Shown in pieces: positions 30,289 to 40,366 of a DNA stretch of 64,000 bases; position 1 is the stretch's first letter; every line of letters starts with the position of its first letter. The notes below the pieces were generated by a model. That model was given only the letters and a program-made list of their open reading frames with translations. It had not been told where the DNA came from and made no database searches. Source of the stretch: Spirochaetia bacterium (lineage in GTDB: Bacteria; Spirochaetota; Spirochaetia; SZUA-6; Bin103); the NCBI GenBank assembly GCA_965203515.1, contig OZ241907.1, positions 224,001 through 288,000 on the forward strand, in the 5' to 3' direction. A program made the position numbers and the translations under genes.

Positions 30289-31320
30289 ATGGCCCCGGAG
30301 AGGAGCGCGGCCGACCGCATCGACGCATCGCGCCGGCCGGCCGCGGAGGCGGTCTGCGACCGCGTGATCGGCCGCGTGCGGGATGCGCGCTACGTGCCGC
30401 CGGAAGCGCTGTGGGCCGAGAGCACCGCCTACCGGGCGGAGCTGGCCGCCACGCTGGCGATCGCCGGCCGACTGCTCGACCGCCGGCGCTGCATCGACAC
30501 GGCGGAGGCGATGCTGGAGCGGCTGCTCGCCGAACGGGTCGACGGCTCGCTCTGGTCGGTGGGGCGCTGGTGCGAGTTCCCGGTCTACCGCGGCCTGCCG
30601 CTCGACTGGCGGGAGGAGTCGGCCCGCCCGGACACCACCTACACCAATCCGATCGTCGTCTACTGCCTGGGCGTCTACCACCGCATCACCGGCGACGGCC
30701 GGTTCGCCGCCAGCGTCCGCACCTCGCTCGGTCGCATGCTGGCCGACGGCGCCTGGTTCGGAGAGCCGGCCGCGCTCCATCACATGACCCCGGAATGGGT
30801 GGCGCTGGCGTGCTTCCTGTGGCGGGAGACCTTCCCGGAGTACTGGCAGGCGGCGCGCCCGATCGTCTCCTGGGTGCGCGACGACCTGGTGCGGGGGGCG
30901 CCGCGCGACTTTCCGTTCTTCACCGCCGTGCGTCTGCACCTGCTGCTGGCCGCCACCGGCACCCGGCACCTGCGGGACGTGATCGCGCCGGCGATCGACG
31001 CCCTGCTGGCCGCCGGCTCGCGGCGGTTCGCGCACGACCGCCGCGACTTCCGCCACCTGGCGGAGGATGCCGAACACGTCGACGTCCGCGCCAACGGCGC
31101 GCTCGCCGTGACGATGCGCCTGTTCGACCTGGCCGCCGGGGAGCGGGTCTACACCGGCACCGATCTGTACCGGCATCTGGCCGGCTGGATGGACGCGATG
31201 CGCGACCCGGACGGCGCCTGCTACGGGTGCCGCGACATCGGCACCGGCCGGCGGTTCTGCCTCGGCTCGCCGCCGCATTACATCCAGCTCTGGTGGATGC
31301 TCGGCGGCTTCTACCCCTGA
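30289..31320 (+). CDS. Hypothetical protein (helical, possibly alpha/alpha toroid)
   Basis: Long GC3-biased ORF with Y..TGD..F and W....DG motifs. Extended -10 TGCTATGGT 7 nt upstream of ATG 30289. Confidence 0.65.
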   Translation: MAPERSAADRIDASRRPAAEAVCDRVIGRVRDARYVPPEALWAESTAYRAELAATLAIAGRLLDRRRCIDTAEAMLERLLAERVDGSLWSVGRWCEFPVYRGLPLDWREESARPDTTYTNPIVVYCLGVYHRITGDGRFAASVRTSLGRMLADGAWFGEPAALHHMTPEWVALACFLWRETFPEYWQAARPIVSWVRDDLVRGAPRDFPFFTAVRLHLLLAATGTRHLRDVIAPAIDALLAAGSRRFAHDRRDFRHLAEDAEHVDVRANGALAVTMRLFDLAAGERVYTGTDLYRHLAGWMDAMRDPDGACYGCRDIGTGRRFCLGSPPHYIQLWWMLGGFYP

Positions 31321-32537
31321 CCGCGGCCGGCTCCCGCCGCGGTCCCTGACCCGGCCCCGGCGCCGGCATCGAGTCCGAACAGGCGGGCGGCGTTGCCGCC
31401 CAGGATCGACGCCTGCTCGTCGGCCGACAGGAAGTCGCAGTGCACGCGGATGAAGTCGAGCGATTGCCGGTAGGTGCACCACTGCGCCATCCCGTACGGG
31501 CTGTCGCTGCCCCACAGCAGCGACTCCGCGCCGACGCGGTCGCGCAGCTCGCGCAGCAGCCGCTGGCCTGCGGGATACGGGTAGTCCGGCCACTTGGCCG
31601 GCATCAGCAGCTCGGCGTGCACCTGCGGGCGGTCGAGCACGCGCAGCAGCTCCTCCGGCACGCCGATGTCGTGGATGATCGCGGCCGGCACCAGACCGTG
31701 CGTGATCACGCACGGCACCTGCGGATGCCGCCGGGTCCACTCGTCGAGCTCGGCGACGCGGCGCATGAACAGGCCGACCCGGTCGAGCGCGCGGTCGTCC
31801 AGGAACCAGAAGACGGGAAGCCCCCGCTCCTCGACCAGCCGCCAGAGGCGGTCGAACGCGCGGTCGTTGAGGGAGCGGTCGATCCGCATGACCGACAGCG
31901 GCTCGACGCTGAAGTAGAGACCGCGCATGCCCAAATCGTCGAAGCCGGCCCGCAGGCGGGCCAGCCGGTCGGCGTCCGCGGCGTCGGGCTCCCAGATCTG
32001 CGCCAGCGCGATGAATCGTCCCGGATACCGGGCGGAAGCCTCGGCGTAGTACTCGTTGAGGTCGCCGTAGACGTGGTCGGACTGCAGCACGCCGGCGTCG
32101 ACGCCCGCCAAGTCCATCTCCGCCACCATCCGCTCCGGCGTCGCCTCGTTGTTGGTGAGGCATGGCGGGTAGATCTGCAGCCGGTAGGAGACCCCGTCGA
32201 CGGTGATCTCCGCCTGTCCGTGGTCGGTGAGCCGGAAGCCCAGGTCCGGCATGTCGGCGATCGAGTGCGAGCCGAACTCCAGGAGCCGCTCGGCGACGTG
32301 CTCACCGGTGTCCGTGCGCCAGAAGTCGATCCACTCGCGCGAGTGGTACTGCCAGAACTTGAGCCGCAGCGCGGGCGGGATGCCCCGCGGCTGCGATCCC
32401 AACCGCGGGAAGATGTGATAGTGCGCGTCGATGACCGGCCCGCCGCCGGCCGTGCCGGGCAGGACCCAGCCGCCGCCGGTCCAGCGCGCCGCGCCGCCGC
32501 CGCTCGCGCCGCCCCCGCTCACGCGGCCCCCGCTCAC
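31311..32537 (-). CDS. Amidohydrolase family 2 protein
   Basis: IDAHYH, MD.AGVD..VL, PGRF, ITHG, LLWGSDSP, ILGGNAARLF. GTGA overlap with the upstream gene. Confidence 0.85.
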   Translation of the reverse strand: MSGGRVSGGGASGGGAARWTGGGWVLPGTAGGGPVIDAHYHIFPRLGSQPRGIPPALRLKFWQYHSREWIDFWRTDTGEHVAERLLEFGSHSIADMPDLGFRLTDHGQAEITVDGVSYRLQIYPPCLTNNEATPERMVAEMDLAGVDAGVLQSDHVYGDLNEYYAEASARYPGRFIALAQIWEPDAADADRLARLRAGFDDLGMRGLYFSVEPLSVMRIDRSLNDRAFDRLWRLVEERGLPVFWFLDDRALDRVGLFMRRVAELDEWTRRHPQVPCVITHGLVPAAIIHDIGVPEELLRVLDRPQVHAELLMPAKWPDYPYPAGQRLLRELRDRVGAESLLWGSDSPYGMAQWCTYRQSLDFIRVHCDFLSADEQASILGGNAARLFGLDAGAGAGSGTAAGAGRGQG

Positions 32538-33505
32538 GCGACCGCCCCGTCCGGCTGCGCCTGCAGCCAGGCGGCGAAGTCGCTGCCGCGCCAGCCGGTA
32601 CGCGGCCGGTAGCCGAGCCGCTCGGCGGCCTTGGCGGAGCTGAACAGCGAATCGAACCCGGTCAGCGGCGCCCGCCGCTCCACGCCGGCAAAGTGCCGAT
32701 CTATCAGCGCCGGCGTGGGGATCAGGCTGCAGGTGTCGGCGCCGGCGATCAGGAAGACCTCGTGCCGGACGTCGGCGGCGGCCAGCGCCAGGCCGAAGGC
32801 GGCCGCCGCGTCGCGCAGGTCGGTCACCGCCCAGAGCAGGTTGCGCGGCGGCGGCGGTCCGGGCATCGGCCACGCGCCGTCCGGTTCCCGGAGCGCGCGG
32901 CGATAGCGCTCGGCCCAGAGCCGCTCGCGGGTCATGCCGGCGCGGCCGGCCCAGCCGCAGCGCACCGCGACCTCGGCCCCGGCGCGGTCAACGCACCAGT
33001 TGTGGTTGATCCGCAGGCAGACCGTGGTGAGTCCGTAGCGGTCGGCATAGCGCTTGCACGCGGCCTCCGCCATCAGCTTGCTCAGCCCGTATTCGTCCTG
33101 CGGAGCGTCGGGATGGGCCTCGTCGACCGGCAGGTACCGGGGAGTGATGGCGCGGCTCTGAAACGAGAAGCCGGTGGCCGCCGCCGAGGAGGCCAACACC
33201 ACGCGCTCGGCGCCGCACGCGACCGCCGCCTCCAGGACGTTGACCGTGCCGATGACGTTGACCGTCAGCAGGTCCGCCGGCGTCGCCCGTCCCGGTCCGG
33301 GGACCGCCGCCAGATGGATGACCGCGTCGTGACCGGCGCAGGTGCGGCGCAATGCGCCGGCGTCCAGGACGTCGCCGCCGGTCCAGGCGTCCCACGGCTC
33401 GGCGGGCGGCGTGCGGCTGAAGCAGGTCAGCCGGTGCGCGGGCGCGAGCGCGCGGCGCACGTAGCCGCCGACGATGCCGCTGCCGCCGGTGACGATGACG
33501 CGCAT
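32534..33505 (-). CDS. NAD-dependent epimerase/dehydratase
   Basis: TGGSG.VG, HLAA, YGLSK. Confidence 0.88.
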   Translation of the reverse strand: MRVIVTGGSGIVGGYVRRALAPAHRLTCFSRTPPAEPWDAWTGGDVLDAGALRRTCAGHDAVIHLAAVPGPGRATPADLLTVNVIGTVNVLEAAVACGAERVVLASSAAATGFSFQSRAITPRYLPVDEAHPDAPQDEYGLSKLMAEAACKRYADRYGLTTVCLRINHNWCVDRAGAEVAVRCGWAGRAGMTRERLWAERYRRALREPDGAWPMPGPPPPRNLLWAVTDLRDAAAAFGLALAAADVRHEVFLIAGADTCSLIPTPALIDRHFAGVERRAPLTGFDSLFSSAKAAERLGYRPRTGWRGSDFAAWLQAQPDGAVA

Positions 33506-33589
33506 GGGGTAGCGTAGCGCCGCGGCGAGGCGAGCGCGACCGCCCGGCGCCGGTCCCGGTGACGGAGCCGGCGCTGCGTCGGCGGCCGA

Positions 33590-35047
33590 CTACATCGGGC
33601 CGATGCGTTCCTCGCCCACGTCGACGGCGGCGCGCATCGACGCGTCGAAGCTGCGCAGCAGCAGATCGGACTTGACGGCGGCGGCGGCCGGCTCGTCCCA
33701 CAGGTTCTCGAACTCCCCCGGGTCGGCGTCCAGGTCGTAGAGCTCGCCCAGTCCGTGGCCGTGGTAGACCACCAGCTTGTGCGAACGGGTGCGGTACATG
33801 GTCGCGTAGCTGCCGTCCGGCCCGTCGGTCGCGTCGAAGTACTCGCTGCGCACCGCCGCGCGCCCGGCGCCGGCCGCTCCGGCGTCCGCCAACAGGGACC
33901 GGCCCTGCATCCAGGGCGGGACCGGCCGGCCGGCCGCTTCCAGCAGCGTCGGCGCCAGGTCGGTCAGCTCCACCAGCCGGTCGCTGACGCGGCCCGACTC
34001 GATCCGACCCGGCCAGCGCAGGATCAGCGGCACCCGTACCAGACCCTCGTAGAAGCGGCAGCCTTTGCGGATCAGGCCGTGGTCGCCCAGCGACTCGCCA
34101 TGGTCGCTGGTGAAGATCACCAGCGTGCGCTCCGCCTGCCCGGACTCCTCCAAGGCGTCCAGCATGCGGCCCACCTGATCGTCGATCAGCGCGATCATCG
34201 CGTAGTAGGCGGCCTGCAGCGTCTTCGCGTCGCGCGCGAACGCGGCGGCGTCGGCCGCCGGCGCCGAGTCGCGGCCCGGGAAGGAAGGGAGCACCGGATG
34301 GGCGATGTCGAGCGGGCCGGCCGGGTCGCGCGCCTCGCTCTGGAAATCGACGGCGCGCAGCCGGCGCTGCTGCCGCAGGTCGCTCGGGCGAAACAGCGGG
34401 CCGGGCATCCGCTGCGGATCGAACCGGGCGCGGTACGCCGCCGGCGGATTGAACGGCTCGTGCGGGTCGTAGATGTTGACGGTGGCCAGCCACGGCGCGC
34501 CGCCGGCGCGTTGCGCGCGCATGAAGTCGATCGTCTGTTCCGCGCACCACGTGGTCTGGTGCAGTTCGGCCGGAACGCCGGCCGGGTCCCGGATCAGCTC
34601 GCCCAGGTCGTGGCCCTGGTCCCGCACCCATTCGGCATAGGCGTGGCCCGCCGGCCAGTCGTCGCGGGGCGCGTGGCTCCACCGCCAGTAGCGGTAGCCG
34701 TCGTCGCCGCGCGGCTCGGGCCGCTCATACGCGCCGGCCAGGTGCAACTTGCCGATCAGACCGCAGCGGTAGCCGGCGCCGGCCAGCAGCCGGGTCACCA
34801 GCGGGTAGCGCCCGCGGTAGCGCGCGTTGCCATTGCGCGTGTTCTGGCAGGTGCTGGGGTAGGTGCCGGTCAGGAAGCTGGCGCGGCTCGGCGTGCAGAT
34901 CGGGCTCTGGCAGAACGCGTGCGTGTACGCCGTGCCGTCGCGCCACAGACGGTCGAGCCGCGGCGTGCGCACGTGCCGGTTGCCGCCGGCGCCGACGGTG
35001 TCATATCGCTGCTGGTCGGTGCAGATCCACAGGATGTTGGGTTGCAT
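33590..35047 (-). CDS. Sulfatase (Cys-type, formylglycine-dependent)
   Basis: PNILWICTDQQR, CTPSRAS, GKLH, PHEP, SDHG, ELYDL..DP.E..NL. Confidence 0.9.
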   Translation of the reverse strand: MQPNILWICTDQQRYDTVGAGGNRHVRTPRLDRLWRDGTAYTHAFCQSPICTPSRASFLTGTYPSTCQNTRNGNARYRGRYPLVTRLLAGAGYRCGLIGKLHLAGAYERPEPRGDDGYRYWRWSHAPRDDWPAGHAYAEWVRDQGHDLGELIRDPAGVPAELHQTTWCAEQTIDFMRAQRAGGAPWLATVNIYDPHEPFNPPAAYRARFDPQRMPGPLFRPSDLRQQRRLRAVDFQSEARDPAGPLDIAHPVLPSFPGRDSAPAADAAAFARDAKTLQAAYYAMIALIDDQVGRMLDALEESGQAERTLVIFTSDHGESLGDHGLIRKGCRFYEGLVRVPLILRWPGRIESGRVSDRLVELTDLAPTLLEAAGRPVPPWMQGRSLLADAGAAGAGRAAVRSEYFDATDGPDGSYATMYRTRSHKLVVYHGHGLGELYDLDADPGEFENLWDEPAAAAVKSDLLLRSFDASMRAAVDVGEERIGPM

Positions 35048-35129
35048 GGAGGTCGCTCTCGTCCGCGCGCGATCATAGCGGATGCGCCGCCGGTCATGCG
35101 GCGGCCATTCGGTGTAATGCCGGTCCGGC

Positions 35130-37397
35130 TTACCGTTGCGGCCGGCGCCGGCCCCGTTCCGGGGCCGGCCACGTGAAGCAGGCCGCCGCGGCGGCGACGA
35201 AGAACCGGAACTGCGCCAGCGCGCCGACGTGGGGCCGGGACAGCGTATCCAGCAGCACGGGGTTGAGGTCGGTCCCCGCCACCGCGATCGGGCACTCCGC
35301 CAGGGCGCGCTCGGCCGCGTCCCGGAACGCGTCGGGATCGTCGATCAGCGGCGGCAGGGCGGCGACCCGCTCGCGGGCTGCCGGCGTTACCGACTCGCGC
35401 GGCTGCCGCTCCTGCCGTTCCTCCTGGAAGTCGACCAGCAGCGCCAGTCCGTACCGCCGCTCGGTCAGGTAGCCCTGGTAGAGCGGATAGAAGGCGTTGG
35501 CGATCCGCAGGATGCCGGCGGCGGCCAGGATGATCTCGTCGCGAGCGTACCCCGTGGGGCGGCGCTCCAGCGGGCCGAGCAGGGTGGCCAGCGATCCGGG
35601 CCGGCCGAACAGCTCCAACGCCGCGGCGCCGTGGATCAGCAGCCGCGGATTGGCGGTCTCACGGTACATCCGTTCGATGGCCGCCAGGCTCTCCTCGTCT
35701 CCCAGACGCGCCAGCGCCACCATGCACTTCCCGGCCAGGAAGAAATCGTCGGACTGAAGGCCGCGGCGCAGCGCCGGCACCGCCTCTCCCATCTCCCGGC
35801 GGCCGATCAGCTCCGCCGCCATGTACGCGGTCGTGAACGGCTGCTCCTCGACCTCGGTGATCAGAGCCGACCGCACCTGATCGTTCAGCGGTACCTCCGA
35901 CAGCGCGTCGAGCGCCTCCGAGCGCACCGTGAAGCGCGGCGAGCGGAGCGCCCGCAGCAGCTCCGGCGCCGCCAGGTCCGATCGCACCTCGCCGAGCCGC
36001 TGGATCAGGAACTCGGCGGCCGCCGGCGTGCGGCTGGCCTTCAGCCGGTGCAGCAGCGCCAGCGCCCGCAGTTGCCGGGGCGACACGAAGATGCCCAGCA
36101 CGTTGGGGAACGAGACGGCGCCCAGCCGGTCCAGCCGCATCGTGAGCAGCAGGATGGCGGCGTACGCCGCGGCCATGCCGCCATAGTAGAGGCGGTAGGC
36201 GTCGTCCGCCGCCAGACCGTCCACGGCTCCCAGTCCGCCCAGCACGGCGCCGCCGGTCAGCGACCCCAGCATCGCGCCGACGCCGATCACGAGCAGGTCG
36301 AAGATGCCCAGGTTCAGGCGCTCCTCCGCCGGGATCAGACTCAGGAAGTAGACGCTGTGCATGTTCTCGTTGCCGTACGCGCCGAACGTCGCCAGGAAGA
36401 AGATGGCGCCCAGGAAGACCCACGCCGCGGCCGGGTTGCCGAGCGGCGGCGCCACCGCCACCAGCAGCGCGGTGACCGCCAGCACGATGCTGAACAGCGA
36501 CATCAGCGGCTTGGCGCCGACCCGGTCGATGACGAAGCTGCTCACCAGCGCCATGACGATGGCGCCGACCGAACCGCCGGCGGCCAGCAGGATCGCGGCG
36601 TCGTCGCCGAGCCCGTGGACCCGCTTCACGTAGACCAGCAGGAACGGCACCGTCATCGCCGCCACGAAGCCGTTGAGCGCCAGCACCACGACGAAGCGGG
36701 GGAAGCCGCGGCGGCGGAAGGCGTCGCGCACCGACGGCCAGAAGCTGCCGGCGCGCGCCAGCGCCGCCGGCTCCGGCAGGCGGAACAGATCGCGGGCGGC
36801 CGCCACGCCGGTCACGATGCCGAGTCCCAGCACCAGCGTGAACAGGATCAGGGGCGACTGCGGCTGCAGCAGCAGCCCCATCGCCAGCCCGGCGGTGATC
36901 GAGCCGAGGTGGATGACGAGATGGATGCGCGCCAGGAACGAGCCGCGTTCGGCCGGCGTGGTGACGGCGCCGATGATCGCGTTGTAGCCGGTCATGGCGA
37001 TGCCGCGGGCCAGATGGAAGCCGACGACGCTGATCCCGATCAACCAGATGCCCAGGTCGGGCCGTCCCTGGTCGGCGGCCAGCGGCGCGAACAGGATCGG
37101 CGTCATCAGGAGTTGGCGGATGATCCAGAACACCCCGGCGGTGCGCACCGTCCCCATCCGCCGGACCACGGCGCGCCCGATCAGGGGCAGGAGGTGCGCC
37201 AGCGGTATGAAGGAGTAGAGGACGCCGACCAGCGGCTCGCCGGCGCCCAGCCGCAGCGCGTACAGGGCGATGACGTTCCCGGTGAGGAACTGGTACGAGA
37301 TCATGTTGAGGAAGGAGAAGAGCGTGAAGCGGCGCTGCGCCACGCGGAGCTGCCGCGGTGTCAGGCCCCCTTCCTTGCCGGCAATCTTCGTCGCCAT
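35130..37397 (-). CDS. MFS transporter fused to C-terminal HEAT repeats
   Basis: About 12 hydrophobic segments with a DRVGAK motif, then L..P.F.VR.EAL.AL and A...LG......AVP.L...L repeats. SD GGAGG. Confidence 0.75.
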   Translation of the reverse strand: MATKIAGKEGGLTPRQLRVAQRRFTLFSFLNMISYQFLTGNVIALYALRLGAGEPLVGVLYSFIPLAHLLPLIGRAVVRRMGTVRTAGVFWIIRQLLMTPILFAPLAADQGRPDLGIWLIGISVVGFHLARGIAMTGYNAIIGAVTTPAERGSFLARIHLVIHLGSITAGLAMGLLLQPQSPLILFTLVLGLGIVTGVAAARDLFRLPEPAALARAGSFWPSVRDAFRRRGFPRFVVVLALNGFVAAMTVPFLLVYVKRVHGLGDDAAILLAAGGSVGAIVMALVSSFVIDRVGAKPLMSLFSIVLAVTALLVAVAPPLGNPAAAWVFLGAIFFLATFGAYGNENMHSVYFLSLIPAEERLNLGIFDLLVIGVGAMLGSLTGGAVLGGLGAVDGLAADDAYRLYYGGMAAAYAAILLLTMRLDRLGAVSFPNVLGIFVSPRQLRALALLHRLKASRTPAAAEFLIQRLGEVRSDLAAPELLRALRSPRFTVRSEALDALSEVPLNDQVRSALITEVEEQPFTTAYMAAELIGRREMGEAVPALRRGLQSDDFFLAGKCMVALARLGDEESLAAIERMYRETANPRLLIHGAAALELFGRPGSLATLLGPLERRPTGYARDEIILAAAGILRIANAFYPLYQGYLTERRYGLALLVDFQEERQERQPRESVTPAARERVAALPPLIDDPDAFRDAAERALAECPIAVAGTDLNPVLLDTLSRPHVGALAQFRFFVAAAAACFTWPAPERGRRRPQR

Positions 37398-37506
37398 CGG
37401 TCCCGAATCTCCTCCGAAGAGAGGTCGCAGCCCCTGCCAGGGGAGATGCAAGTTACGGACGGCGCCCGGCTCCGGGCAACCGAGCGCCACTTGGCCGCCG
37501 CGCTGC

Positions 37507-38280
37507 TCACGCCCAACCTCGCAGGCGGTAGACGAGGAGACCGAGGTGTTCCCGGAACGCCTTGGTGCTTTGCCGCAGCGCCCAGCTGGCCGGGAGGAGC
37601 CGCAGGAGCAGAGGTTGAGCGTCTCTGCTCCCGTGGTCCGTCGGGGCGGCCAGCGCCTGCAGTCCCGCCCGTCGGAAGGCGGCCAGGGTGCGGTGCATGT
37701 GCCAGGCTGACGTGACCACCAGCACCGTCTCCAGGCCGCGGGCGGCGGCGATCTCCGCGCTGTACGCCGCGTTGCCGCGGGTGGTGCGGCTGCTCCGTTC
37801 GCTGACCACGGCCGCCTCCGGGACCCCGAACGCGGCCAGCACCATGCGGGTGGCGTCGGCCTCCGACTGTCGGCCGGGAGCGTCCCACACGTTGCCGGCG
37901 GAGACGATGATCAGCGGCGCCTTGCCGGCATGGTACAGGCGCGCCGCGTGCCACACCCGATCGGCGCTTTCCCGCAGGTCGGGATAGGGCGAGCCGTTTC
38001 CGTTCCAGGCCGGGACCACGCTGCCGCCGATCAGCACGATCGCGTCCGCTCCGGGCAGCGCCTCCGTCCGCTGCGGCGGGTACCGAGTCGTCAGCGAACG
38101 CATGATCACCTGCGCGGTGACCGGCAGCGACCAGGCCCACAGCCACAGCAGCGAGAACCCGAGCAGTCCGGCGGCGAGGCCGCGCCCGCGCCGCCGGAGC
38201 GCCGGCAGAGCCAGCAGTCCGGCGCCGAGTGCGACGCCCAGCGGCGTGGCGATCAGACCGAGTGCCTTGTACAACAACAT
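37507..38280 (-). CDS. YdcF/DUF218 (ElyC/SanA) family protein
   Basis: AIVLIGG, SEA, E..S.TT..NA, VTSAWHM.R. Confidence 0.88.
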   Translation of the reverse strand: MLLYKALGLIATPLGVALGAGLLALPALRRRGRGLAAGLLGFSLLWLWAWSLPVTAQVIMRSLTTRYPPQRTEALPGADAIVLIGGSVVPAWNGNGSPYPDLRESADRVWHAARLYHAGKAPLIIVSAGNVWDAPGRQSEADATRMVLAAFGVPEAAVVSERSSRTTRGNAAYSAEIAAARGLETVLVVTSAWHMHRTLAAFRRAGLQALAAPTDHGSRDAQPLLLRLLPASWALRQSTKAFREHLGLLVYRLRGWA

Positions 38281-38310
38281 GAGGCGCCTTCGTGAACCCC
38301 GATTGCAGGA

Positions 38311-39366
38311 TCATCGACCCTCGTCGTGGGTGAGCTCGCCGATCAGTTGGCGGCGGTCGATCATCTCCACGGCCGGCGCGTCGAAGCGGCCGTAGCCGTT
38401 CCACACCTTGAAGCCGACCAGCTCCCGGAGGAGGAGCGGGGCGTCGGCGAGCACCTCCGGCAGCATGCCGAGCGTGTAGTTCTCCTGCGGTCGGAACTGC
38501 GGGCCGCAGTAGGTATTGAGCAGACCCATGCGCGGCTCGCCGGTGCGGTTGGTGCCGGAGCCGTGCCACAGCCGGCCCTCGAAGAACATCGCCGTGCCGG
38601 CCGGAGCCTCGATCGGCACCAGGTCCCCTTCGTCGTACAGCTCCGGCTTCGGCTGCCGGCCGCTCAGGTGGCTTCCCGGCACCACCCGCGTGGCGCCGTT
38701 GTCGGCGTGAAAGTCGACCAGCAGCCACATGCTGTTCACGCACGCGGGCGGCGCGATCATGGCGGCGGCGCCGCGCGCCTCGCCCGCTTCCTGGCGGGTG
38801 ATCGAACCGACCGGCAGACCGAACGCGCCCGCGGGCACCGGCGGCGGCATCCACCAGGCGTCGGTGTGCAGCTCCATGGGCGCGGCGCCGGTGCCGACGA
38901 TGTTGGCGGTGCTGCAGGAGAGCTGGAAGTGCTCGCCGAGCACGTGTCGGACCAGTTCCAGGGCCTGCTCCTCGATCACGATGTCACGGAAGATCCGTCC
39001 TTTGTTGAGCAGCATGAACAGCCGCTGACTGACGCCCCCGGCCGCCGCCGTGAAGCGCTCGCGGCGCACCGTGCCGTCGGCGTCGGCAAAGGCGCCCCAG
39101 CGCTGATCGGCGGTCCCGTCCATGTAGGCCACGCCCCGCTCGCGCTCGGCGGCGGCCTGAGCGCGGAGCCGCTCGCGCGCCTCATGCAGATCGGCGCCGG
39201 TCAGGGCGTCCGCCAGCAGGCAGTAGCCGCTACGCTGCAGGTCAGCCTTGCAGCGCGCCACGTCGGTGGTGAGCCGCGGCCGCTCCGTCCCGCCACGCTC
39301 CGCGCCACGCTCCGCGTCCTGGCCGGCCGGGGAGGCTCGGTTGCCGGATTCCACGGATGAGAACAC
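38311..39366 (-). CDS. PhyH-family dioxygenase
   Basis: GYC.L..AL, LHTD, NGATRVVPGSH, LWHGSG.N...R, RPQEN. Confidence 0.85.
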   Translation of the reverse strand: MFSSVESGNRASPAGQDAERGAERGGTERPRLTTDVARCKADLQRSGYCLLADALTGADLHEARERLRAQAAAERERGVAYMDGTADQRWGAFADADGTVRRERFTAAAGGVSQRLFMLLNKGRIFRDIVIEEQALELVRHVLGEHFQLSCSTANIVGTGAAPMELHTDAWWMPPPVPAGAFGLPVGSITRQEAGEARGAAAMIAPPACVNSMWLLVDFHADNGATRVVPGSHLSGRQPKPELYDEGDLVPIEAPAGTAMFFEGRLWHGSGTNRTGEPRMGLLNTYCGPQFRPQENYTLGMLPEVLADAPLLLRELVGFKVWNGYGRFDAPAVEMIDRRQLIGELTHDEGR

Positions 39367-39394
39367 AGTCGTGCCATAGTATCAGGAGGCGAGC

Positions 39395-40366
39395 ATGAGC
39401 GCACTCACCAACCGGCAGATCGAGTTCTTCGAACGCGAGGGTTACCTGATGGTGCCGGAGGTCTTCGCCCCGGCCGACCTGGAGCCGCTCCGCGACGAGT
39501 TCACCGCGGTGATTCACGCATCGGCCCTCGAATTGCGCGCCGCCGGCAAGCTCTCGCGGCTGTACGAGGAAGAGCCGTTCGAGCGGCGGCTCAGCCGCAT
39601 CCATGCGGAGACCGACGAGATCCTGGGACCGATCATCGGCCGGGGCGGCGGCGGGCACAGCGGCCCGGCGCTGTTCGCGGTCATCACCCACCCCGGGTTG
39701 CTGGCGGTCGTGGAGTCGCTCATCGGCCCGGAGATCGTCGCCTCCTCGGTCTACCGCGTGCGGCCCAAGATACCGGGCATGGCGCGCGGGGTGGTCCCCT
39801 GGCACCAGGACTCCGGCTACTTCAACGCGCACTGCGACCGGGACCTGATCCTTACCTGCTGGATACCCCTGGTCGACGCGACCGTGGAGAACGGCTGCCT
39901 GGAAGTGCTGCCGCGCGCCCATCGCCGGGGCGTGGCGCGCCACTATACGAACGGCCCGAACGGCTATCTGGCCATCGACGACCCGGACCTGCCGCGCGGC
40001 GGCGCGCCGGTAGCGGCGCCCGTGCCCCTGGGCGGCGTCCTCCTGCTGACCAACCTGACCCCGCATTGCTCGACGCCCAACCGCTCCGACGTGGTCCGCT
40101 GGAGCCTCGACCTCCGCTACCAGGACGCGGCCGTGCCCAACAACGTCGGCGAGGCGCCGCAGGACTTCACCTGGGATCGGCCGGAAGCGGCGATCGCCTG
40201 CTATCCGCCGGAGGCGGACTTCGTCGTGCGGAGCGTCCGCGACGCGCAGTCGGTCGTGCGCTCGGCCGACCGGTTCAACCGGATCCGCCAGCGCTACGAG
40301 CGCCACCGTCCACCCGGCCCGGAGCGCGGCTGGACGCCGTACGACCGGCGCCCGCAACCCGCATGA
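39395..40366 (+). CDS. PhyH-family dioxygenase
   Basis: FEREGYL, PWHQD, WIPLVDA..ENGCL, PHCS.PN.S...RWS.D.RY. SD AGGAGG. Confidence 0.88.
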   Translation: MSALTNRQIEFFEREGYLMVPEVFAPADLEPLRDEFTAVIHASALELRAAGKLSRLYEEEPFERRLSRIHAETDEILGPIIGRGGGGHSGPALFAVITHPGLLAVVESLIGPEIVASSVYRVRPKIPGMARGVVPWHQDSGYFNAHCDRDLILTCWIPLVDATVENGCLEVLPRAHRRGVARHYTNGPNGYLAIDDPDLPRGGAPVAAPVPLGGVLLLTNLTPHCSTPNRSDVVRWSLDLRYQDAAVPNNVGEAPQDFTWDRPEAAIACYPPEADFVVRSVRDAQSVVRSADRFNRIRQRYERHRPPGPERGWTPYDRRPQPA

